The notes below the pieces were generated by a model, which worked only from the letters and a program-made list of their open reading frames with translations, made no database searches and was not told where the DNA came from. A stretch of DNA of 64,000 nucleotides, taken from assembly GCF_009914755.1 (NCBI RefSeq), contig NC_060947.1; one strand, given 5' to 3'. Position 1 is the stretch's first letter; the number at the start of each line of letters is the position of its first letter. A program made the position numbers and the translations under genes. Positions 12,706 to 28,580 of this stretch are shown here, one piece after another. The DNA is from the human T2T-CHM13v2.0 reference genome, Homo sapiens.

Positions 12706-14679
12706 CCTTCTGTGTCTTCCCAGCATAGAAGTAGCGCTCACTGGCCAAGCAGTCCCCTAGCTGGCTGCATAGGCACAACAAAATGACTGTGGTTAGGCAC
12801 AGGATTCTCATTCCATAGGCCAGCGCTTTTGGAGCATCTCAGAATGAGTCTTCCCATTGTCACTCATCTAATTTGTTCCTTAAGACATAAGCTAAATTAA
12901 TGAGCAAAAGAAGTTCAGTAGCAGCAACATCGGGAAAAAGTATTTAAGAAGAACTTCAAAGCTTACCCTGCCTCTGAAGCTACTTAACAGGAACTTGGGG
13001 GAAAAAAGCATGGGCCAGCTGCTAGTTGATGCCTCACTAACTAGCTTCATGACAAATTATCTTTGCTCAGTTAACCACCACAAGAGAACATGAATTTTTC
13101 ACTCTCTCATTACTGAGTATTTGTCTTTCTGATACTAACGGCTAGAGTTGAGCTTTCTAACTCATCTATAACCACCAGAGCAGCCAGCACAATGCTTGCC
13201 ATAGAGTAGTAGATGCTTAAGCCATATTCATGGGTTCACTTTCCCATTCTGGGTGTGAGACCATTTAAATCAGAGACATGATGTTCATTATGTGAAACTT
13301 AGCCTGGAACTTATTCTGTGAATCAAAAGATCCTAATAATCATTTTGAGGGAATAATCTCTTTGTTGGACTTTGCTGGGGTTTCTTCTTCAGCTAACTGT
13401 GTGATTCTTGTCTTGATGTCCAATACCTCTTAATTCTGATCACCAGCTAGGTCCTAAGCCTGGCCACAGACCGAGATCTTGTCTTTCACACTTGCCCTCT
13501 TCCCAAGCACACAGAGTCAAATACTAACCATCACACGGTATCAGGTTTGCAAAAATTAGAGAAGTAGCCATTTTGCAGCATAACCACATTATCTCTATTC
13601 ACATCTCAAGTGTTTAATACTATATTCAAGTCACTACATGCTAATTCCTTCCATGGGACACCTTTCAGCCACTGCCACATGGGCTCCAACTGCCCTGGAA
13701 ATGCTTATTCCATTTCTCTGTTTCTTCCAACTTCTTTGCAAACTACATACCTTCTCAGATCGTCTGATATATTCAAGGAACACCAGGGGTTCCCACAGAT
13801 ACGCCTTCCTTGACACAACACCCAAGTTCCTGAAAAATGTTGTCAGTGGAATTCAGATAATCAGCTATATTTCAAATGTCTTTGAAGGGTTCACAGTTTA
13901 TTAGCTGAATAAGTCCTAAGAGAGATTCTCTGAGGTGAAGAACTGTTCCTCTGTTCCTGCCCCCAGCCCAGCCCAGCTCCACAGAATTACCCCCTTTTCC
14001 CTACATCCTGCTTCATTCCTTCTGATCCTCTCCCATAGCCACACAGGTCCCCATTCCTCCTGTTTGTCTTTCAGAGCAGTTTCATTTCCTCTGCATATCC
14101 TCTATGACGTCTCCCAGGAGCCTCCATCCTTCCTCTCCCCTACGGTCTATAAATACCCTGGTCTCCCAGGGGAGGCATGTGAATTCCTTCCTTACGCAGC
14201 AAGGCCCTGTGAGTTAGGATAGCCACTCCCAAAGGAGCAGGTTTATCTCCAAAGTCCATTGAACCTTTCTTCCTCTTGCTTTGCTGGTTAATATTATCTG
14301 GGCTTATATCATGTAAGATATTATATGTCTCAAATCTGGCACCTTTGTTTGCAGAGCCAGGGCAAAGACTGTTGAGGACACGGTATTGAGTCTATGACCA
14401 GTTCCGTTATGGGCTTAGAGTTCTGGGATAATAAGGTCAAAGTCAGAGAGATAATGAGGTCAGCTTTGTTCTATCCCAAACTCAAGTTTGGATTGACACC
14501 AGTCACTACCTGAATCCTAACCATGGCCACAGACTGAGATCTTTTGAGGTTCTTACTTTTTGACTTTCATACATTTCCCATACACATAAAGAGAGAGTCA
14601 AATATTGTACTAAAATTTAAAAGGTAACACTTCTGGAGAAAAAAGAAAGAAAACTAGCCATCTTACAGCAAAACTCCAT

Positions 14680-15555
14680 GTGTTAATTTCTCAGGGCTGC
14701 TATGACAGATTACCACAAACTTCGTGGCTTAAAACAACAGTTTATTTCTTCTCACTTCTGGAAGCCAGAAATCTGAAATCAAGAAAGCTCTAGGGTGAGA
14801 AGTTTATGATAAATTAGTGAAGTGATAGATGTGTAAATTAGTTTGATTGAATCTTTCTACAATGTATGCATAGATCAAAACCTCACATTGTACCCTATAA
14901 ACATGCACAATTATCATTTGTCAATTAAAAATAAATAAAGATAAAATGAAAGTGTAAGGGAGGATTCTTCCTTGCCTCTTTCATCCCCTGGTGGCTCCAG
15001 GCATTCTTTGACTTAGGGCTGCATCCCTCCAATCTCTGCCTCCATCTTCATCTTCACATGACCTGACCCTTTTGTCTATGTGATATCCTTCTGCCTCTCT
15101 AGGGTCTCACTCTGTTGCCCAGGCTGGAGTGCAGTGGTGTGATCATAGCTCACCATAACCTAGAACTCCTGGCCTCAAGCAATCCCCCTGGCTCAGCCTC
15201 TTCAGTAGCTGTAGCTACAAGCACCACCACAACCAGCTGATTTTTTATTTTTTATTTTTTTTGTAAAGACGGGTCTTGCCGTGTTACCCAGGCTGTTCTC
15301 AAACTCCTGGCCTCAAGTGATCCTCCCACTTTGACCTCCCAAAGTGCTTGGATTATAGGCGTGGCTGCCTCACTCTTATAAAGATTGTCAGCAATGGATT
15401 TAGGGCCCACTTGGATAATCCAGTATGTCTCTCTTGAGATCCTTAAACTTCTTACACCTGCAAAGACCATTTTTAAATGAGGTGTCAAATTTACAGGTTC
15501 CAGGGGTTAGGACATAGACATATCTTTTCGGGGGCTACTGTTCAACCCATTACAC
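14680..15555 (-). mobile_element. MLT1B/C-type MaLR LTR with nested L1 3' end (~14795-14948, +) and AluJ (~15101-15368, -)
   Basis: agggctgctatgacagattaccacaaacttcgtggcttaaaacaac...ttcaacccattaca. L1 tail aattaaaaataaataaa. Confidence 0.8.
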
Positions 15556-15599
15556 CCCACTACCTCCATTTACATTTCTGGCATGCTGGAATCAACACA

Positions 15600-16272
15600 G
15601 CATGAACTTTCTGCCAATTTAACCTCCAAATATCTGTCAAATCTACACGTCTCTATGTTTCTGCTGCCCTATTCTTGTTCCAGCCCTGTCATTCCTCACA
15701 CATCATTCTCCATAGCAACCAGAATGGTTATGCCAGTTGGCTTGAAAACCTTCTGTGGCTCATGGCTCTTAGGACAAGACCAAACTCTTAACCATGGCAT
15801 GCAAGGCCCTGCATAATCTAGCCCCTACCCACTTCGCCAGCCTCTTCTCTTGCCTCTTATCCTCTTTCTATCTGCAATGCCATGTCCCTCCTGTCACAGT
15901 GCCTTCCCAATACTTTTTCCTCCTACTGAATGATTCTCTGCTCTACCCTGTCTTCTCCTGGCTAATGCCTATCATCAATCAGCTCATCTCTAATGTCAAA
16001 TCACTCCTCCTCAAGAGATGTTTTCCTTGGCCCTCAGACTGGCTGAAATTCCCCTGTAATCGCTTCTCATAGTTCACAATTCAGTTTGTGTTCAGTTAAT
16101 GTCTGGCTCACCCCATCCACCCCTCACTGTCCAACTAGACTGAACTCCATAAGGGCAGGGGCCATGGCTGTCTGGTTTCATGACTGTGTCCTCAGCATCT
16201 AGCCAGTGTCTAACTCATAGTAGGTGTTCAATCATTTTCCCAATCAATGCATATATGAATGAATGAATGAAT
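15600..16272 (+). mobile_element. L2
   Basis: Degraded L2 body ending in (gaat)n. Confidence 0.75.
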
Positions 16273-17639
16273 AGGTCTGAACATCTGTGCTTTGCTCCCT
16301 CAAGTTCTTCTAAAAAATGAGAAAACAATGTTTCACTCCCAGGGTTGAATAAGAATCAAAACAAGAGAATGAAAGGGAAGGAGCTTTATAAACCATGAAA
16401 CGCCTTACTAATTTGAGGAATCATTACAATACTGGCCAATGTAACCATTCTTCTGGGGGAGTGGGAAGTGCACTGTGCACGACTTAGGGGTAGCAGGAGG
16501 AACAAGGGTGGAGGTGGGGAAGGATACTTGAGTTCTACATTCCTCTGGATAAGAAGAATTTCTGTGGCTCTGCTATGTAGGATAAAATTACAAGAACATT
16601 CAATTCCCCTGCTTCAGGCTTGAAGCTTATAACTGATCACCCTCTGGGATCAAGAAGAAAATGCCATTCTGCTCAGGTGTAAATATTGCCCGGAGTCACC
16701 TCGGGTATTTAGGATTTTGACTGTCTTCCTTTAAAGCATCTGACCCAGGTGCAGGCTGAGGATAGGGTGACAGCCTCCTGGGCTGGATCCCTCTTGGCTG
16801 GTGCTTCCCATGAGGTGATCCATCAGCCGTGGCACTTGCTTAAGGCACTGCCCAGCTGACAAACGGCTTTGAAGTGTGCCTTTTGGCTTTGCATTCTTCC
16901 ACTTCCTGGCCTTCTTGGCTTTCACTGTTAGCAGGCAGGCGGAGGGGTTGGCGGGGCTGGGTGGGGGGGCGGGGGAGGTGGTATCACCTCCTTCCTCTTG
17001 CTCCTCTAGCACGTCCATCTAAAAAACATCCCAGGAGGCTTGACATTCCAGGTCTTTAGTTTCTTACATTTGATTTCCCTAGACCCCATCAAGTCATAAT
17101 CTCCTTCCTGCAGGGAAGGGATACTTCCACCTCTTCCTCCATATCCTCTTAGCTCCTTGCATTTGGGTCAAGAGACCTAAAAAGGCCATTTCTTATTTCC
17201 ATCTTGTCTTCCATTGTTTTATCCCCTGGGATATCTCTGCATTCATGGCCCTGAGATGCCTCACTGGTCTGGAATGCTCAGGGCAAGCCGATCCTCTGAA
17301 TCATAGACAAAGAAACTGGAAAGAGGAGTGCTCATTAGGCTGTCATTTCCCCAGTTTCCTCCACTGACCTGGATGTCTTTCCACTGGTTTGGTGGTGTGC
17401 TTCCCCACTCTGTCCCACTGGATTTTGAGGTTCAGTCTACACAGCCCCAGAGAGGTGAATAACAAAAGCATGTCTACGCATAATCCAAGCAAAATCCTCA
17501 GTTTTGTCTCAATGATTTGGGCATCCCAGTACAAAGGACTACTTCAGTAGCAGGCTTTGGGATAATTTTCTCTAATAGTTACCACAGAATTGAAGCTGGA
17601 AAGGACCTTGAAGTTTATCTGTTCAAAGACACCCTCCTT

Positions 17640-20600
17640 TTTTGTTTATAGCGCTATAGAGGTATAATTGACATACAATACCTGCACAAGTTTCATGCAG
17701 TGTACAAAAGTGTACAATTTGCTAAGCTTTTACATATACATACTCTCATGAAACCATCACCACTATCAAGTTTTCATCAATCCCTACAGTTTCCTTCTGC
17801 CTCTTTGTAAACTCTCCATCCAGCCCCTCCCCTCTGCTCCATCTCCAAGCAATCACTTGGGGATAATGCTTTCAAGCAGTCACCTGGGGATGGAGGAGAG
17901 GGGAGGGGCTGGAGGGAGGGTTTACTTGTTAATATATAGTTTGCATTTTCTAGAATTTTTAATAAACAGAATAACACAATACGTACTCTGTTTTTGCTGG
18001 CTTCTTTCACACAGAAAAATTATTTTGGGATTTATTCCTGCTGTTGTATGTATTAACAGTGTTTTGTGTATCAGCAGGTCATTACTTTTGAATGGCTGAG
18101 TGGTTTCCACCATATTTTGTTTATTCATTCATGTGTTGATGCACATGGATGGTTTTTTTTTTCTAGATGTTGGCTATTGCCAATAAAACTGCTATGAATA
18201 TTCATATACAAGTCTCTGTATGGACAAAGACTTTCATTTCCCTTGGGAAAATACCTAGGAGTGGAATGCTAAGCCATATGGTAGATGTCTGTTTAACTTT
18301 TATAACACTACCAAACCATTTTTCAAAATGGTCATACCATTTAACATTCTCACCAGTAGTGTATGAGAATTCCAGTTCCTCCATATCCTCACCAACACTT
18401 GGTGTGGTCAGTCTTTTGTTTGTTTTCTTTATTGTGGTGAAAGGTATATATAACAAAATTTACCATTTAGACCTTTTTAAGAAGACTTCATTTACATATT
18501 TTTTAATTGTAGGTAATTACACATAACAAATTTTAACTGTTGTTAAGTTTATATTTTGTCAGCATTAAGTATATTCACATTGCTCTGCAACCATTACCAC
18601 CATCCATCTCCACACCTTTTTCACCTTTCCAAACTGAAACACTGTACCCATTAAACATTAACTTTCCATTTGCGCCTTCCCCAGCCCCTGGCAACCACCA
18701 TTCTACTTTCTGTCTCTATGACTGTAACTACTCTACTACCTCACATAATTGGAATAGTACTTCAGTCAGTCTTTTTAACTTTAGCCATTCGAATAGATCT
18801 GTAGTGGTATCTCACTGTGGTTTTAATTTTTATCTCCTTAATGGCTAATGAGGAAAGCATCTTTATATGTGTTTATTTGCCATCCAGATATCTTATTTGG
18901 TGAATTGTCTGTTCAAATATTTAGTCCATTTTTTATTGGTTGGTTTTCTTAGTATTGAATTATTTTAACAACTTTATTGAGATATAATTCACATACCATA
19001 CAATTCACCAGTTTAAAGTGTACAATTCAATGGTTTTTAGTATAGTTACAGAGTTGTGCAACCATCACCATAATCTAATATTAGAACATTTTTATTATCC
19101 CAGAAGGAAACTCCATATCCATTACCAGTCACTTCCCATTCCCCTACCCTTCCATCCCCTGGCAACCAATAACCTTCTTTCTGTCCCTATAGATTTGCCT
19201 TTTCTGAACATTCGTATGAATGGAGTCATACAATGTTGGCCTTTTGTGTCTGGCTTCTTTCACTAGCATAATGCTTTCAAGGTTCATCCATGTTGTGGCA
19301 TGTATGAGAAATTTATCCCCTTTTACTGCCAAATCATATCCAATTGTTTGGATATGCCACATTTTATCTATCCATTTATCAGTTGATGGATATTTGGGTT
19401 GTTTTTATTTTTGACTATTATGAATAATGCTCTATGAACATTTGTGTACATATTTTTGTGTGGATGTATGTCTTCAATTCTCTCAGGAATATACCTACAA
19501 ATATGTACTTGGGCCATATGACAACTCCATGTTTAACCATTTGAAGAACTGCTAAACTGTTTTCCATAGCAACAGTACCACTTTCCATTCCCACCAGCAA
19601 TGTATGAGGGTTCCAATTTCTCTATATCCTACCCAAACACTTATTTCTGTTTTTGTTTTTATTATAGCCATTCTAGTGTGTGTGAAGAGGTATTTCATTG
19701 TGGTTTTGATTTTCATTTCCCTTATGACTAATGATGTTTTATGTGCTTGTTGGTCTTTTGTGTATCTTTGGAGAAATGAGCCTTTGCCCACTTTTTGATT
19801 GGGTTGTCTTTTTATTGTTGAGTTGTAAGAGTTCATTACATGTTTTGGATACTAGGCTCTTATCAGATATATGATTTGTAATTTTTTCTCTTATTCCATG
19901 GGTTGTCTTTTTTCTTTTTCACTTTCTTAATAGTGTTCTTTGATGCACAAAAGTTCTTCATTTTGATGAAGTGAAATTTATCTGTATTTTCCTTGGTGCT
20001 TTTGGTGTTATATCTAAGAAACAACTAATCTAAGAGCACACAGATTTATACCTATGTTCTAAGACTTTTATAGTTTGACCTCACGTTTAGGTCTATGCTC
20101 TATTTTGAGTACATTTTTATGTGTGATGTAGGAAAGGAGATCAACTTCATTGTTTTGCATGTGGATATCCACTTGTCCCAGCACCATTTGTTGAAAAGAC
20201 TATTCTTTCTCTCATTGAATTGTAAACAGTATTGTTTCTAAATTTCAGTTTCCAATTGTTTGTTGCTAGCATATAGAAATAAAGTTGACTTATATATATT
20301 AATTTTGTACCCAGAAACCTTGCTAATGTCATGTATTAGTTCTAGTAGATTTCTTGTAGATCCTTCTAGATTTTCTATATACATGATCATGTTATCTACA
20401 AATAAAGACAGTTTTACTGTTTTACTTCTTCCTTTTTTATCTAGATGCCTCTTATTTCATTTTCTTGCCTCATTGCACTGGCTAGAACTTCCAGTAAAAT
20501 ATCGAATAAGGGCAGACATTTTTTGTCTATCTCCTGATCTTAGGGGGAAAGAATTCAGTAGTCAACCGTTACATGTTAACTGTGGGTTTTTCATAATACA

Positions 20601-21540
20601 CTTCCTCAAGTTGAGATTGTTTCCTTCTATTCCTAGTTTGTTGAGAGTTTTTCTTAAAAAGGATGTTGGATTTTGTCAAGTGCTTTTTCTGCATCTACTG
20701 AGATAATCCTATGGTTTTTTTCTCTCCTTTTGTTTATTAATGTGGCAAATTACATTGCTTGATTTTCAAATGTTAAGCCGACTTTGCCTTGCTGGGATAA
20801 ACCCCACTTGATCGTGGGTGTATCCTCCTATTTCTATATTGTTAGATTTGATTTGCTACAATTTTAGCATAGATGTTTATAAGGGATACTGCTCTGTAGT
20901 TTTCTCATAACATCTTTTTCCTTTTTTATTATCAGGGTAATGCTAGTAATAAACATAGCTAAAATGAAAAGGGAAATATTTCTTCCTTTTCAATTTTCTG
21001 GAACAGTTTGTATAAAATTGGTATTATTTCTGCTTAAAATATTTTGTAGAATTTACCAATAAAGTCATCTGACCCTGAAGTTATATTTGTAGAAAGGTTT
21101 TTAGCCACAAAGTCATTTTTTAAATAGAAGGCTATTCATAGTGCCTGTTCTTCCTGAGTGAGTTTAGGTGTTTTGTGTCTTTCAAAAAATTTTCCATTTC
21201 ATCTAAGTTGTCAAATTTACTGGCAAAAAGTTGTTCATAATATTCCCTTAGTATTCTTTTAATATTTGGAGAATCTGTAGTTATGTCACCCCTGTCATTC
21301 TTCAAACTGGTAATTTGTGTCTTCTTTCTTCTTTTCCTGATTAGCCTGGCTAAAAATATATCAATTTTATTGATTATCTCTAAGAACTTCAGATGTTCTC
21401 TAAGAACTTTCAACTCTAAGCTTTTGGCTTAATTCGTTTTCTCTATTGTTTGTTTCTTTTCTATTTCTTTAATTTCTGCTTTGATTTTTATTATTTTCTT
21501 TCTTCTACTTTGGGTTTAATTTCTTTATCTCTTTCTAGTT
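17640..21540 (-). mobile_element. Nested old L1 (L1MB/L1MC/L1MD-type) 3' UTR and ORF2 fragments
   Basis: Minus-strand translations resemble L1 ORF2 (e.g. 21132..21413 KNDRGDITTD...LREYYEQL; 19552..19836 IREMKIKTTMKY). Confidence 0.88.
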
Positions 21541-23040
21541 TCTTTTTTTTATTATTATACTTTAAGTTCTAGGGTACATGTGTACACAACGTGCAGATTT
21601 GTTACATATGTATACATGTGCCATGTTGGTGTGCTGCACCCATTAACTCGTCATTTACATTAGGTAATCTCCTAATGCTATCCCTCCCCCCTCCCCCAAC
21701 TCCACGACAGGCCCCAGTGTGTGATGTTCCCCACCCTGTGTCCAAGTGTTCTCATTGGTCAATTCCCACCTATGAGTGAGAACATGTGGTGTTTGGTTTT
21801 CCGTCCTTGCGATAGTTTGCTCATAAAGATGGTTTCCAGCTTCATCCATGTCCCTATAAAGGACATGAACTCATCATTTTTTATGGCTGCATAGTATTCC
21901 ATGGTGTATATGTGCCACATTTTCTTAATCCAGTCTATCATTGATGGACATTTGGGTTGGTTCCAAGTCTTTGCTATTGTGAATAGTGCCGCAATAAACA
22001 TACTTGTGCATGTGTCTTTATAGTAGCATGATTTATAATCCTTTGGGTATATACCCAGTAATGGGATCGCTGGGTCAAATGGTATTTCTAGTTCTAGATC
22101 CTTGAGGAATCACCACACTGTCTTCCACAATGGTTGAACTAGTTTACACTCCCACCAACAGTGTAAAAATATTCCTATTTCTCCACATCCTCTCCAGCAC
22201 CTGTTGTTTCCTGACTTTTTAATGATCGCCATTCTAACTGGTGTGAGATGGTATCTCATTGTGGTTTTGATTTGCATTTCTCTGATGGCCAGTGATGATG
22301 AGCTTTTTTTCATGTGTCTGCTGGCTGCATAAATGTCTTCTTTTGAGAAGTGTCTGTTCATATCCTTTGCCCACTTTTTGATGGGGTTGTTTGATTTTTT
22401 CTTGTAAATTTGTTTAAGTTCTTTGTAGATTCTGGATATTAGCCCTTTGTCAGATGGGTAGATTGCAAAAATTTTCTCCCATTCTGTAGGTTGCCTGTTC
22501 ACTCTGATGGTGGTTTCTTTTGCTGTGCAGAAGCTCTTTAGTTTAATTAGATCCCATTTGTCAATTTTGGCTTTTGTTGCCATTGCTTTTGGTGTTTTAG
22601 ACGTGAAGTCCTTGCCCATGCCTATGTCCTGAATGGTATTGCCTAGGTTTTCTTCTAGGGTTTTTATGGTTTTAGGTCTAACATTTAAGTCTTTAATCCA
22701 TCTTGAATTAATTTTTGTATAAGGTGTAAGGAAGGGATCCAGTTTCAGCTTTCTATGCATGGCTAGCCGTTTTTCCCAGCACCATTTATTAAATAGGGAA
22801 TGCTTTCCCCATTTCTTGTTTTTGTCAGGTTTGTCAAAGATCAGATGGTTGTAGATGGGTGCTATTATTTCTGAGGGCTCTGTTCTGTTCCATTGATCTA
22901 TATCTCTGTTTTGGTACCAGTACCATGCTGTTTTGGTTACTGTAGCCTTGTAGTATAGTTTGAAGTCAGGTAGCATGATGCCTCCAGCTTTGTTCTTTTT
23001 GCTTAGGATTGTCTTGGCAATGCGGGCTCTTTTTTGGTTC
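21541..23040 (-). mobile_element. 5'-truncated L1PA (primate-specific), ~1.5 kb
   Basis: ORF 22110..22976 is the L1 ORF2 C-terminus ([30 protein letters not shown]...CWRGCGEIG). Classic L1PA 3' UTR and poly(A). Confidence 0.96.
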
Positions 23041-23068
23041 TGAAAACTAAGATAATTGATTTAGGAAC

Positions 23069-23597
23069 TGTGATGGTTAATTTTATGTGTCAACTTGACT
23101 GGGTTAAGGGGTGCCCAGATAGCTGGTAAACATTATTTCTGGGTGTGTCTGTGAGGATGTTTCCAGAAGAGATTAACATTGGAATTGATAGATGGAATAA
23201 AGAAGATTGCCCTCACCAGCACGAGTGGGCATTATCCAATCTTTTAAGGGCCTGAATAGAACAAAAGGGTGGAGGAAGAGCAAATATGCTCTCTCTGCTT
23301 GAGCTGGAATATTCTTCTTCACTTGCTCTCAGACATCAGTGGTCCTGGTTCTTGGGCCCTCGAACTGGAACTTACACCATCGGCTCACTCATTCTCAGGC
23401 CTTTGGGTTTGGACTGGAACTACATGGCTGGCTTTCCTGGGCCTCCAGCTTACAGACAGCAGATCTTGGGACTTCTTAGCCTCCATAATCATGTGAGCCA
23501 ATCCCTCATAATGAACCTCTTTTTATATATCTCTATATCTATCTATCTATCTATCTGTCTGTCTGTCTGTCTGTCTATTTATCTATCTATCTCTCTG

Positions 23598-23659
<62 letters not shown>

Positions 23660-23698
23660 CTATTGGTTCTGTTTCTCTGGAGAACCCTAACTAATTCA
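23069..23698 (+). mobile_element. MLT2B-type ERVL solo LTR
   Basis: tgtgatggttaattttatgtgtcaacttgactggg...ttctctggagaaccctaactaa. Confidence 0.88.
23525..23660. repeat. Compound (TCTA)n/(TCTG)n tetranucleotide microsatellite inside the MLT2 LTR
   Basis: Direct reading; long pure atct run at ~23600-23658. Confidence 0.97.
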
Positions 23699-23699
23699 A

Positions 23700-26270
<2,571 letters not shown>

Positions 26271-26273
26271 TAA

Positions 26274-26470
26274 TCAGTGGTTCCCATCTAAAGGCAGTTT
26301 TGTTTGTCTGAAGACATTCTTTGTTGTTACAACTGGAGGGTGCTATTGGTACCCAATGGGTACAGGCCAGGTATGATGGTAAACGTCCTGCAATACACAA
26401 GACAGCCCCCACAATAAAGAATTATGAAGCCCAAATATGTCAATCATTCTGAGGTTGGGAAACCTTGCTG
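26274..26470 (+). mobile_element. MER20 (hAT-Charlie)
   Basis: cagtggttccc...cagcccccacaataaagaattat...ctgaggttgggaaacc. Confidence 0.8.
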
Positions 26471-26634
26471 TAATTATTCTTGAGTTTTGTTCCGGGACTC
26501 AGTTAAGTTTGTTGGAAATTGTTTGATCCTTTTGGGGCTTTCTGTTAAGCTTTGTTAAATGAGACCAGAAGAGTATTAAGTTTGGGGCTAATCATTTCAC
26601 CATACTGAAGCAAGAACCTTCTGTGTACTCTACT

Positions 26635-27030
26635 TGTCTTAGTTCAATCAGGTTGCTATAACAAAATACCAAAACTGGGTAACTTATAAACAACAGAAAT
26701 TTATTTCTCACAGTTCTGGAAGCTGGGAGTTTGAAGCCAGGACACCATCATCATCTAGTTCTTGTGAGGGCCCACTTTCTGGTTTGCAGATTGCTATCTT
26801 CTTGTTGTACCTTCAGATGACAGAGAGAGAGAGAATGACAGAGAGAGAGAGAAAGGAATGAAGCTCTCTCCTATGTCTCCTTCTAAGGGCATTAATCTCA
26901 TAATTGGGGCTCCATCGTAGTGACCTAGTAACCTCCCAAAGGCCCCACTTCCTAACACTGTCACCTTGGGGGTTAGGATTTCAACATATGAATTTGGGGG
27001 GCGAGGGGTATATAAAGACTCAGACTGCAG
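26635..27030 (-). mobile_element. MLT1A/MST-type MaLR solo LTR
   Basis: tgtcttagtt...gctataacaaaatacc...gggttaggatttcaacatatgaatttg. AATAAA on the minus strand at 26705..26700. Confidence 0.85.
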
Positions 27031-27871
27031 CACTACCCAATACTCTAATTTTAGCTGGTTGAGAGCAGGCACTATTCCCAGCCCTGTGTGAATTCTGAGC
27101 ACTGTTCTTTTAACTATTTGGGATAGTTCCTTTTCAAACATTAAATAGTTTCCTCACGTGAGCTAGTGAATCTACATTGTGTTTGTTCCATCCCCACTTC
27201 ACTGCTAGTACCCAACCTCAGAACTTTCTAAAGATGCTTAACACTCATCATATCCACTCTCACCCCCACCCCAGACCCACTCCTCCTCCTGTATCTCCAG
27301 TAAATGTTGCCAGTCCCTTAAGTTAGAAACTCAGGAGTTGCCCTCCACTCCTCCCTCCTCATCACCCCAATATTCAATCAGTTATCAAATGCTGTCAATT
27401 TGAACTTGCCAATGTCCCCTGCACCCTGTCCTTACTTTCCAGCCTCACTATCCTTGCCTTCTTAGACCATCATCATGTCCTGCTTTGGCCCTTCATGTGG
27501 CAACCCCAACTTGCATCTCCAACATCCCCCTCCCCCTCCACTATACACCCTCACTTCCAGTGCTACAGAACCTTTCATTGCTTATGAAGCAGGCCGTGCC
27601 GTTTCACAACTCTATGTCTTTGCACATGCTATTCCCTTTGCCTGAAATATAGTTTTTCTGTTTTCTGCCTGGCAAATTACTTCTCATACCTTAGATGTCA
27701 CCTTCTCTGTCAAGCCCTTTTTGATTTCTCGAGGCACCTATTCACCCCTGCCCCTTCGTGCTCCTGCTATGTTCTGTTCACACTGTGTTAACAACATTGG
27801 TCACATCTGTTTGCACTGCTGCTTTCCCCATTGCTATAGCTCCTAGGGATCTAACAATCCCTGTAGGTGCT

Positions 27872-28244
27872 TGCTATGGACTGACTTCTGACAACTTCCA
27901 AAAAACTCATATGCTGAAGCCCTAACCCCCAATATCACTATACCTGGAGATAGGCTCTTCAGCAGGTAATTAAGGTCAAATGAGGTCATAAGGGTGGAGC
28001 CCTAAGCAGACAGGACTGCAGCCTTATAAGAAGAAGAGATCTTTCTCTCTCTTCCTCCGCCACGTGAAGACATAGCAAGAAGGCAGCCATCTTACAAGCC
28101 AGGAAGAGAACCCTCACCAGAACTTCACCATGCTGGCACACTGATTTTGGACTTCCAGCCCCAAAAAGTGAGAAAATTAATTTCTATTGTTGAAGTCACA
28201 CAGTCTCTGGTATTTTTATTATGGCAGCCAGGCTGACTACTACA
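27872..28244 (+). mobile_element. MLT1A solo LTR with 5-bp TSD, inserted in an L2 (~27230-27870)
   Basis: tg...ca ends; GTGCT duplicated at 27867-27871 and 28245-28249. Confidence 0.88.
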
Positions 28245-28530
28245 GTGCTTAATGCATGGTGAGTGCATTTTTAAATGAATGGAAAAGGAAGAAAGAAACA
28301 GAAGAGGAAGAGGTGGAACAAATGGGGAGAAAGATGAAGAAAGCAGAAGTTAAGAATGAGAGAAACTAAGGAAACAGGAGGAAGAAGGTAGAGGATGGGA
28401 ATGAGCTCATGAAGGAGCCAGTATCTCAGTGGAGACCATGCCAGTGTGAGGGAACTACTGCCAACTAGGAGGCAGGTGGGTGCAGGCTCCAGGGCCAGTG
28501 CTGAGCATCCAGGCACAAGACTTTTAAGAG

Positions 28531-28533
<3 letters not shown>

Positions 28534-28577
<44 letters not shown>
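28534..28577. repeat. (GT)22 microsatellite
   Basis: Direct reading. Confidence 0.97.

Positions 28578-28580
<3 letters not shown>

Noticed and set aside
12967-12993. 27-nt minus-strand micro-exon (cttttttcccccaag|...AGG|GTAAGC)
   Set aside because: Too short to distinguish from chance splice-site matches without RNA evidence
22110-22976. 288-aa ORF, the longest in the window
   Set aside because: C-terminal fragment of L1 ORF2 in a 5'-truncated L1PA; not a gene and not autonomous
23286-23690. ORF with repeated YLSI motif
   Set aside because: Translation of the (TCTA)n microsatellite
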